A stretch of 53,306 bases of DNA, counting the filler, from Catajapyx aquilonaris (Eukaryota), in NCBI GenBank assembly GCA_000934665.2. It is 3 parts of 3 records of this genome, joined end to end, with 100 filler letters (N's around TTAATTAATTAA, not from the genome) between each part and the next. Parts side by side here need not be neighbours in the genome. Positions count along the whole stretch, not along the records: positions 17,831 to 35,525 come from KZ539612.1; 2 more parts are not named here. One strand, 5' to 3'. Each line of letters starts with the position of its first letter. The stretch's first letter is position 1. A program made the position numbers and the translations under genes. The notes below the pieces were generated by a model. The model saw only the letters and a program-made list of their open reading frames with translations. It did not search any database and was not told where the DNA came from. This document shows, piece by piece, positions 21,194-33,100 of the stretch.

Positions 21194-24100
21194 CTGTAAT
21201 GTGATTGATAATCAGAGGTAAAAAATATTCTCCAATTAAAAATATGCCAGAAACTTACATCTGATGGCCTCCGATATGCTTCATATGACCTTTCCGAACA
21301 CAAGCTTGACGTTTCACTATCATCAGACTGGTCATCAAATGGCCGTGACGATGACGTCTTCCTTGAAGTGACATTCTGGAACGTGGGACACTGCACTCGC
21401 ATCAAAAGTCAGTACAATCTCTTTATATAATTTTGCAAAAAAATGAGTGTCACCTGAAATGTTCAAGACTTACCAGTGCATCCGCCAACGCTGACTCGGC
21501 TTCTCTGCTTTGCTGCAATATTTTCTGAGCCATGACAGGGCGGGATTGTGGAGCAACAACACGTTCTGGTGGTTTCATCCGTGTCCTGCAAAACCAACTT
21601 GAAGTTACAACTGTTGCTTATTTAATGTAGCATGCTTGACTTGCCTGAGTTTAGATCCATGATGGGACCTATCGAAGTGACCCATTCGGCTAGGGCTAGT
21701 CTCTCTACTGGTTCCTGTTGAGTGAGGTCCACCCAAACCACTGGACATTCCGCCACTCCTCCATCGGCCCCTACCTGATGTGTCACTTGATGCCGATGAC
21801 GCATTACTGGCATATGTGGCATAGCTCAGCCGAGATGACGGTGACCCAGAACGACTGCTCGCTGTCAATAGGGTTTGTTCAGATATTGTTCAAACAGAAA
21901 AAATGGCAGATGCAATAACTCACGTTGAGATTGAGAAACCCCTGATGTTCTCGTTCGGGTGCGCCCAACTCGCTCAGGTGAGTGCACATTGGCCGACAGT
22001 GGAGATGTGACCTCAGAGGGTCTTCTGGGTCTGGCTGTTTATAAAACAATTTATTAGTTACATGTACAATGAAAGTGTTAAGCTATTATTTCTACCTGAT
22101 GATTCATCTCCTGGTTAGCAATTAGTGCAGACAAAAAAGGGACAATTAGTTCCCATTTTTCCAAATATGTACTGATGTAAGCAAAAGGTAGGTGCTGTGT
22201 ACCAAAGCCCACTGTGGAAATGCCAATTAATGTAAAAAAAGAAAGAAAGCTTACAATGATGGGGTGTGTCTTACAATGATTGCTCTAGTTCAGCATGCCA
22301 ATACCATGTTGGAGAATTCTGATATTAATCATTTTCAAAGGTATTTCTAGGGGTACAGGTTAGTTGTCCAACAGTTAGTAGGAAGGTGTATACGATATGT
22401 GTATGGGTGTTCCTTAATCAAATCACCACCACAGGGTAGTTGACAGTGTAGCAGTGGTGTATAGTAGTTAGATTACTTGACCGACATGAGTGCCAAAGCC
22501 CAAACCTTCTACTTCTCCCCATGGCAAACACAAATGCAAGGGTGGAAGGCCCCTGGTTCCCCCCCCCCNCTGGGAACCAAAGGGATGGCATATGGCATTA
22601 CTCTAGGAGGGTGCATGGGGTGGGGAGGTGGGGGAGGGGGAAGGAGGAGGGGAAAGGAGTGGTGCAAATGACCCTCAGGAAAGCATCTTGACACTGGGTG
22701 TACAGGTAACCAGAGATAGGTGTATACAGGGTGTTTACGAGCTAACTTTACAAACTTGTAGGGGTAATAGAGGGACCAAGACAAACATATTTTACATAAG
22801 AACCCGTGTCCGGAAACGCCATCTAGAGGAGGTTCATAGACGAGGAACGGGTGCGCTCAGACACGTCAGGAGGGGGGCGTTAGCGGTCGGACCGTTTAGT
22901 TGCTAGGTGGCGCGAGGATTGTACACAACTCAGCAATTTGCAATAACCTGGCAACAACAGAACCACCTAACAACTAAAGTCAGCATCCTAGGTACCGCGC
23001 AGATAATAGACAACAACTCTGTTGTTGCCAAGTTATGGCGAATTGCTGAGTTGTGTACAATCCGCCCGCCATCTAGCAACTAAATGGTCCGCTCGCTAAC
23101 GCCGCCCGCCTGACGCGTCTGAGCGCACCCATTCCTTGTCTATGAACCCCCTCTAGATGGCGTTTCCGGACACGGGTTCCTAGGTCAAATATGTTTGTCT
23201 TGGTCCCCTCTATTACCCCTAGAAGTTTGTAAAGTTAGCTCGTAAACACCCTGTATACTTGTTGTGTTAGGAGGGAGCTATCGACAGACTCGACTTGGCT
23301 TTGGGAATGTCATCTAACAAGTTTTATCAACAATCACTACCATGGATACATAATACAACATCCCCCCTTCTCTGGAGGTCAAACATCCATTACTATGGAT
23401 GTACTGTTTCTATGGATGTATTGATTGTTGATTAAAAACTTGTTAGATGACATTCCAAAGCCTAGTCCAGTCTTTGAGTAGCTCCCTCCTAACACAACAA
23501 TACTGTATAAGATCAACAATCCTACCACTTCATTAGAATGTTCCTGCAGAAGTAAAGGTGGCAGGGAGTCATGGGATGGTCTGGGACCTGCCCCGAGGAA
23601 AAGTAGCCTGTAATTGGGTCAGACAGCCATGGTGGGCATGGGGGCTGGCAACAATAGGTAGGATTGGGACAATGAGATACAGAGTGGGCTGGCATGTGAG
23701 GAATATGTTTTTATGTGACCACCAGTTGCCTGTACACATTCACAAAGGGATACCATCCCTTAGCAACAAGCAGGTATTGGTGGTGGGATAGTGAGAAGGG
23801 TGCTAGCATTGGGGCTGTACAGCAAACCTGGGGCAAACACAACCCTTCATGAGGCCAAATGGCAGTGTGTTCACTGCTGCACTGCAAACACACTGCCATT
23901 GAGCCTACTATATCTTCCCATGAACTGCATATGAAGCTCCTAGCTCCCCTGCCTCCCTCCATGTCACTCCCTCTCTCCTTCCTTCGTGTGTTGATAACAT
24001 GTTGTATCTTTGCATTAGTCACAGTGAAATCTAACTTGCCCAAGATGTGTCATTGAGTCAGGTTTCAAAATATTAATTAGTAAAAATGGAACGTTTGCCT

Positions 24101-27100
24101 AGCAGGACCAAGTTGAGTCCCAAGGTAGTTAATTTTTTAAATACCCAGAATGCCACTTGTCAATTCATCAATCATATAAATCAATATTTTCCTGGATGGG
24201 CTAAGCCAAGCCTAAGGTCCGCTACGCTTTAATATCAGGAGACCCTGCACATTTACCTACTCTCCTAGGCGTCTATCTGCTGAAGGATAGGCATGTATCT
24301 GTCGGGAAGGAAGGTTAGGTCATGGAGTTGGTCGGTGCAGAGTGCTTTTACCCCTACCACATTCAGTCTCCCATTATGAAAGTCCTTCCCAAAGGTCTAC
24401 TTGCCTTTACACCAATAGTGATTCACACAGGGGAGCAACACTCATCTTTATTTCCAATTCAACCATTGGCGGATGGTGGCTACCCACTGCTCTCAAATGA
24501 CTCCCTTCTGTTTACCCTCAGCCATTCCATTTGTCATTAATTCACATGAACTCACAGAAACACTATACTCCCGATTATCCATAAGCAGATTTGTCGATTA
24601 TCCATGCATTTAAAAAAATAAAATAATGAAAGCTAGAAATGAAAGTCTAAAAGATTGTCAGCATGTCACACAAAGTAATATAGTTGACTTTTCCAAAAAG
24701 TCAAACTGAAAAATCTTGTTATTGTTTTATTCTTTTGATTAAACCTTGCCTAAATCAGCATACATTATGTACAGTAGTTCATTTAAAATAAAACCTCTGA
24801 ATAGCTCATTTTTAGGGTATCTAGGACAATTTTTGGATTAACCTTGATTTCCAATGCATTCATTAGCATGGATAATCAGGAGTGCAGCATAAGTACTAGG
24901 TGGGTGAAAAATAATAAGCAAAATGCAGGGTTCCTAAAGAACATGTGTCACCAAATCTCAATGAAGTTCTGGAAATTAGCTGAGCTCAGCCAAGCTCAAT
25001 CAAATTGTAAAACTTGGCTGGCTGAGTCATCCCCTCACTGCTGGACACAGTGAATGCCTGGTCACCTGAATGAGGCCAGTAGGTTTGCCTATTAGTGTTT
25101 TGAATAAGTCAGTCAAAATGGCCTGCACCTCTATTTTTGTATACGTGAAACTACTTGTTGCTCATGTGACCATAACTTCAGTCCCTGTCAAGAATATGTT
25201 TCCTCTACCACCTTAGTCTGGAACTGGTGTAATTGAGGGACTTGCAATGATTTCTGAATATGACCTTATGAGTCTTTGAACTCACTACCATAAACTCTTT
25301 AATCTATTAGAAAATAATATTATTTCTAAAATCAACACTTCTACTCCCACACCCCACCCCATACTGGATTTGAATGCTGCCATCACCTGTACAACTGTAC
25401 AACTAGGCTAGTAAGAGTAATTATAATATGTATATTTTTAATGTCAAAAAATCTTACGCAGTGAAGCTCCAGATCCAATCTTTAAACGAGCGGCAGCAGC
25501 ATATTGTGCCCGAGCTTTCGCCCTCTGAGCTGCTTGCAGATCTATGGCGCTGTTTGACCGCAACGTTGGAGATGGAGTTGGAGAACTACGTCCAGAACCA
25601 CCTGAAAGAATCAAATTATCTCTGTAACAAGACTTTCCACCAACATGTGACACTGTATCAACAGTTCAAAAAAGGAACCAGTTAACTGGTTCCTTTCATC
25701 CTGACGCGTGGCTGCCCGCTCGACGCTCAGGGACAATTCTTTTTGAACTGTTGATACAGCTAATATTTACTTTCAGGTCCAGATATGGATGGGAAGGGGG
25801 GGTTGATTTGGTGGTTTGGCGAGCTGGAGAAGGAAAGACTAAGGGCCGTATTTTCAACATTACAGCAAAAGTGGGCGTGCCGGTCGCAAGTTGCCGCTGG
25901 TGCTGCTAGAGGTAGCAGCAAAGCGATTTTTACCATCTCTGTCGCACCCTATGACCCGCTAGCAAGGGCAAGGCTCCTCCCCCAGTCCCCACAGTCTTCC
26001 CTCCAAAAGGGCGGTGTTACGGAGGTGAACACTAACGTGATATAGCCACCCAGCTAATGGGGGACGTGCAGACTTCAAAATTCCCCACAGTAGAAGGCCA
26101 CTATGAGCTGCAGCCTTCATTTGTTCAGTCTCGCTCTCTCTGACCATCACCCAGTGCTCCTCTGTCCCCGTCTCCTCCGTTTCCTCGATGAAATCCATAT
26201 CCCCCTCCCCTGCAGTACACTGCACTCCCAATTATCCGTGCTAATTAATGCACCGGTGTGTCAGGAAAACCCAGATAACCCGAAAATGGTTCTACTTGCC
26301 TTAAAGGAAGGGTTCAGTGATTTTGCATGTTGGGCTTCAGAGATCCAGGAAGACTCCCTGATTCCAAAAATGTGGTCAGTTTTGGAATCTGACACCGCGT
26401 AAACAAATGCCGTCAGGTGAAAGTCCATATCCGCTACTGTATTCGATACGGTAAGCGTACAGCCAGAGTCTCGGAGCCTGCTCGGAGCCCATTTTTTCAT
26501 CTTTTCACGGGACACGGGTTCCCTCTAGCCACAAGAGTGGAAGCTTCGACCGCTGCATCGAAGCTTCCACTCTTGTGGCTAGAGGAAACCCGTGTTCGGC
26601 GCTGATTTTTTAAAAAATCAACTTTGACTTGAAATTTTACGCTTATGGTGCATTTGCCAACAAAACGGATCGGATATTTCAAATCAGGGAGTCGTGTTTG
26701 ATTTTTGGAGCTCAACATGCAAAGTCACTGAACCCTTCCTTTAACCCAGAATAATTCGGCCACCTTGAAATCGTGGCTGCTCGATTTGCGGAGAGGCGTC
26801 ACACACTCATAAAATGACACCCATGGTGCCGGAAAGGTGCCAACTGAAAAGGGTGGGCCCTGGCCCACGATTACACTAAATATTGCACCTCTAGGATAAT
26901 TACTGTATTTAATACAAGGTATTAAAACCCTTTGAGACCTACTTGCTAACTGAGGTGCAATGCACACCTCACATGAATTCATATCGTGTAGTAATTCCAG
27001 GGGGAAAAAAAACACAGGGGATTTCATGAGATTTGGAAGTAAACTTCCAGACACAAATGACACCCAACATACATTACCCACGTTGAAAACAAAATTTCCC

Positions 27101-30100
27101 ATATACGAGGGTCGGTCAGGGGGGAATTTAATGCAGCATGTTTCAGCTTGCGAAAATGAGCCCTTCTCGCACAATACACATAATTCCTCTCATTGCTCCC
27201 CTCAACAATATGCCACTTAACAATATAACATATCAATATCAACAATATCAAACTCAAGTTCCCATGGAAATGCCCTCACGCAACAATAACGCTGATTTCC
27301 TGCCCTCTATCACAAGATGTCTCACGACTCTCTCTTTTACATGTCCTATCACCGTAAATTCTACCCATCCATCAACTTGCTAACTGAGGTGCAATGCACA
27401 CCTCACATGAATTCATATCGTGTAGTAATTCCAGGGGGAAAAAAAACACAGGGGATTTCATGAGATTTGGAAGTAAACTTCCAGACACAAATGACACCCA
27501 ACATACATTACCCACGTTGAAAACAAAATTTCCCATATACGAGGGTCGGTCATAAAGTTTTAATTATCACCAAGAAAGAAGAGAGCTACTTTCACAAGAT
27601 TTGGTGGTGGAGTTAGTCCATCTCCACATATGACCCATCCAGAGTTACACACTTCTCCTATCAATGGATGAGCTGGTGGAGACCTTTGTTGTAGAAGTCC
27701 TCTTCCTGGCTGTTCAGCAAGTGCTTCACCTCAAAAATCATCACATGCTTCCACTGTTTGCTTTGTTTCGGGATCATAATGGTAGACCCAGCACTCATCC
27801 ATAGTAATCAGCTGTTGAAAAAAGTCACCTGGGTCGGCCTGACACAGCTTCAACATATGTGACGCTACGTCCTTTCGTTTTTGGCAATGGGGTGAGCAAT
27901 CGCGGAACCCAGCGGGGGCGACTTTCGTCATGTGTAGTTCATTGTGGATGATGTTTAATACTGGCCCATGACTGATGTGGACCTTTGTTATGTTCGCTTC
28001 AACAGTTATACCCCAGTATGTGAGTAGTAGGCCCTCCATGTCTTTCATAATTCCTGGTTCTTCACTGAGAGACAGTCGCCCGCTTTGGGTTCATCTTGCA
28101 GACTTGTTTGTCCACATTTGAAACGTCTGTGCCACCTTACCGCTGTGTCGTATGATGGGGCATTGTCTCTGTACACGGAAACCAGCTCAGCATAAATCTC
28201 TTTGGTTTTGTGCCCCTTCAAATGTAGGAAGCGAATCACCACGTGAACCTCAATCTGCTGGACCATTTTCGTTTGGATGCTGTAGCGGCATTCCGCGTTA
28301 CTACTGCGCGGGATTATTTGCACCTGCTGAGAGTTCAAGGATGTGTGCTTTACCCCCTGCAAAAATAATTACGATATTCCATTGTTTTAAAGGCAATAAT
28401 TAGAACTTTATGACCGACCCTCGTGCCGGTCTCTGTTCCCAAAATTAGTTCGTTGTTACCACAACCAACACAATACACCTGGGCAACGCTGGGTGACCTG
28501 CTAGTGCTATATAAATAGGACTTACCTATGTCACCCCTTGTGGCTGCTAAAACAGGTAGAGCTGAGCGACGTGTTCCTGATGGCAAGCGATGCAGATTTT
28601 CAGTTGAACCACTGACTGAAGTGGCACGTGACTTCCCACGAGGAGGTAAGGATCCAGGACCAGCAGACATTGCTCTTCCCGCCGTGTGTAATGAATTGGA
28701 TGATGATGAAGCCGATAGAGATGATACTAATGGTGCACCAACCTCCCCTTGGACTTGTTTGCGGTGGGCTGCATCCAGTGAATTAAGCAAGCTGTCAGCT
28801 TGGTCAGGAAAATGCTCAGCAAATGCCCAGAATGCCCTGTAAAACAAAGGGAAAGGCATTAAGTCTATCTAGATTCTAACACTACCAAATTTTCATTTTC
28901 ATATCCATGTCTTAGTCTCCTGACAAAATTTTTCATGAAACCTCTCTTCATAATACAAAATCATCACAGAAATTTTAGAGCAAAGGTCCTGAGGCTTCAG
29001 GAAACGTCTGGAAATATACCAAACTGGAACACCAAGGGAAGGCATACTTTAACTAGGTCCCCTAATCAAGGGACAATGAGGATAAAACCAGTCTTGTTCC
29101 CAGCCATCTGATAAAATGTGGTGCTTGCACACGGTCTGTTCTGCAGAGTGGATTTTGAAAGTACTGGTCAAATCTTGTTACAACGAAACTAGCGGGACCA
29201 GGCAAATGTTTTCGTAACAACGGAATTTCATTACATTGAGATCGGTTGTTCTTATTTCCCCCGCAAGTATGTCCGAATCTGTCAACTCCTGGCACACTTG
29301 TACGTCGTCATCTGCCACTACAAAATCATGGAAGATAACTTCATCCGCCACACCGGTGCTTTCAGCGACGGACCACCACACAGACAGGTCTTCAGGGTCA
29401 TCTGTGTCTTCGGCGTCCTGGTCACTCCCCAATATTTATTTATTTATTTATTTTTATATATTTCATACCCCGTGCTAGAGCCTTTGGCTCCCTTAGGGGG
29501 GTGGATTACCACCATTGTATGGGACCAGGGATAGGGACAGGAAGGAAGCGGCTGTGGCCTATTTTTACAGAAACGACCCCGGAATTGTCCTGGAGGGGAC
29601 CACAGAAAACCATGGCCAGGGTCGCCGGCCCCAGGATTCGAACCCAGGACCTCCCGATTAGCAGGCGCGCTCCTTATCCCCTACACCAACCTGCTTCAGT
29701 TGGTCACTCCCCAATACAGACACTGTCAACCATGTGATGCAACTTTTACCCCAACACTTCACAACTGTTGACAGTGTTACGCATGACCACGCTTCAGCAA
29801 TCATGTCAATGGCTTGCTTGACGTTTTCTCGTTCTCTTTAAGGGGGGAAGATTGTAGTGTCCTGGCTACCAGGTTGTTGTCTGTTGCCCTGGTTGCCAGG
29901 ACACTGATGTTGTTGATGTTTTGATAAATGTTAGTTCTTGTTCTACGGTCCTCCTGGACGGATGTGTTGTACGAGTTATCCCGAATATAGTCCACAGTGG
30001 TGGTTTTTAACCTCTTCCCCGGTGTGTTTCCCTGGGTTATTTTGTGGTGTCTCTTACGCCTAATCGTGAGGCACTACATTATTAATTTAAATCAGGTTTC

Positions 30101-33100
30101 TCATCTACTAAAATGTTAAGGATGTTGCCTTACCTATGGTACCTGTAAATTTAAATTAACAAACCCCAACAAAACCCTGTGTAGCAGGTGGACTTACTTG
30201 CGAGATGCTGCTCGAGCCTCAGGATCTGCATCTGCCACACCCTTGCGCAAGGCATCCTGTAGCACATTCAAGTGCCTTTCCAACACATGAGGTGGCCAGG
30301 AGTGTAACAGCTGTACAATAAACTCACAGCAGTTCCGACGGATCTCCTTTGACTTCGAGGACATCATGTGAAGAGTGAGCGGAGGGACCAGACGTGGAGA
30401 CTGGACATGGCGGATTAAAAATTTCACAGCTACAATTCCAGCAGATGACATCACTTTGGCGCTGTTCGGAATGAGGTTGATCAAGGAGGGTAGAAGTGAC
30501 TCAGCAAAGTGATCAAAACGAGGACTTCCCAGCTGCTGTGCAAGACAGGCAATGGTGATGCAGGCTTCCCGAACCACTTGTGACCTGTTCAAGAACAAAT
30601 CCTGCAATTAGCATTTTGCACTGGTGAGTACAAATACTCATTAGAATATTTTTATATACTTTTGCAACTGGCACTGACAGTTAACTTGAGCAATCTCTGG
30701 AAAAATGTCTGCCTAAATATACACAACAAACATTATTAAAAAGTAGACAGACTGAAAGCAAAGAGCCCCCTCGAAAACAATCATCACTGATCTGGAATGA
30801 ACAGGGTGGAACACATATGATCTATTACATGGCATTTTAAAAAATTTGTTCACTTCATTTGTCAAGTTACTTTTTGTTATTATGACAGTACAAATGCATA
30901 ATTTTTAAGGTACTGCCCAAATGTGCAGTTTCAGATAGAGATATTCAGGCACAGAGTGAGTCTGCACATCAGCTACCCAAGTCTGTGTGTGCGTCTTCAG
31001 ATATGGAAGTGACTATATAATAAGCTTACAATGCTGCATTGTGCATAAAAGTAGTCAAACCTGAGGTCTTTGCATGCAGTTTGAAAAGGTAGTTCCAAAA
31101 GGCGAATTTGCTGGAACAACTCCTCATATCCTGCACCTCCAGCCAGGACCAATCCACGGAACTTCCGGAGCTGTTCTACTCGTTTGCTCCAGTCATAGTT
31201 TGGATCCGACAATGCCTCCTGAACTCGTGTGCATATCTCTTCCACATCTCGACCACTAAATACTTGTACACTTGGGACATCATTAAAGGCCTGCACAAAA
31301 GTGTCCTCATCCACACCTCCTGCACCTGTAACATACAATATTACAACTCAACAAGTGAACTAAAAGAACAGATTCATGCAGTATTCTTGCCGTGACAATC
31401 ATATTGTGGCATCGCACTTTCTCAGCATCGAAAAATTTTGAGGTTTTATCACATGGCACCAAAAAAACCATTTTGTGACATACTCAAGCTGTAGTAGCAT
31501 ATGGGATATGGCTGAAATGTTTCAGATTATACTGTAAAAGCAATCATGATCTTACCTGCAGATGCAGGAATTGTCAGGGAGGGCCCTCGGCCTACCATTC
31601 CATAAGTACTTCGCTTTACTGGAGGAGCACTTGTAGATCTTTTCACTGCACGAGATGATATTGATCTATCAGCTTCATCCTCTCCTCGGAGATCTGCAAG
31701 TAAAAAACATTGCCCTACAAACATATTCCATCTTTTCAATATTACAAGGACAACATGACAGGTTCATTAAAAAAGTTTCACTCAACACCTCCACCACCAG
31801 CAAGTGTTCATTCCGTCAATAAAGGTGTTCTAACTAGATGATCACGACCAGATACAATTCACTCAACTCACATCACATGACGTGGATGTTGCTGAAATGA
31901 CTAATAATAAATTTTAATAGGATTGAGATAGTACTGTAGTAGGTATCGGCATCACTACACTAGCATCCATTATGGGTCATATCTTATCTCCTTATATCAC
32001 TTGCTACTGTAATCTGAACCTGCAATTAGCCATAGGTAGGTCACAGGTCCGTTGTACTCACCTAAGAAGAAGATCCAAAAAAATATCCGAGGAGAGGTCA
32101 GTGGTGACACGTCCATTGGAAGATGACAGGGTATAAATGCTCAAACTTCTGCAATCGAGATGTACATTTCACATTCTGCACCCCCAAAACTAGTGATGTC
32201 ATGGCAGAAATCTCAATCAATGCACATAGTTTCACTCCCAGGATTTGTACAACCAGAAATCATCAATCTAGCAGTAAAGATTTATCACAGGCATATACTG
32301 GTTGCACACCTTTCCAGCACATAACTATACGCATGGACGGAAATGGCTGACTAACACCAATACCATAGGGCATGTCTCGATAGCACAAGTTTTAGAATAA
32401 TTTATACACTGCCATATTGCACCTAACAGTCATGTCCCACTGCCCCTTCTCCAAATATCTTGCTGGATCTTCTGCATAGGTGAGTACGAGACAGACCTGT
32501 TGCTTCTATAGTGCCAGTTGCATGTTCAAAAGTGATATAGAGACGAAGATAATAATTGACCCATAATGGATGCTATAGTGTAGGAATTCCAATTCTTACT
32601 ACTACTCCTCTCTCTAGACCAGAGGTTCCCAAACTGTGCTCCTCGAAGCTTCTCCAAGTGCTCCACGAAGAGGTTGGGAAAAAAAGGAATTCTTCAATAA
32701 TAATTTAAACCCATTCAAACCTCTCGGTAGCTTGTGTGACCTTGAACCCAAAAATGTTCGCCTGCGGTGGCCTTTCGCCCCTCGCCCTCCGATTTCCTAA
32801 TTTGGCTCTGCCCCGACCCCCCCCCCCCCCNNNNNNNNNNNNNTTTCTGCCTACGAAGCTCGTTGATGTTAGTGCTCCGTCAAGAAGATCTCTCCTGAAA
32901 AGTGCTCCGCGACTCAAGAAGTTTGGGAACCTCCGCTCTAGACTATTCAGCATCATTTCAGTGACATCCATGTTATGAGTGATGTGAGTCAAGTGAATGC
33001 ATCTTGTCTAGTTTGAACACCATTTTCAATAAATTTCACTCCTTGTTTCCCATAACCATATTGACAGAGCTAGTATGTAGGCCTACCTAGAGAGGCTCGA

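Noticed and set aside
28528..28842. 104-aa plus-strand ORF, and similar plus ORFs at 25428, 31074, 31108, 21718 and 51221
   Set aside because: Antisense shadows of real CLASP or BAIAP3 exons.
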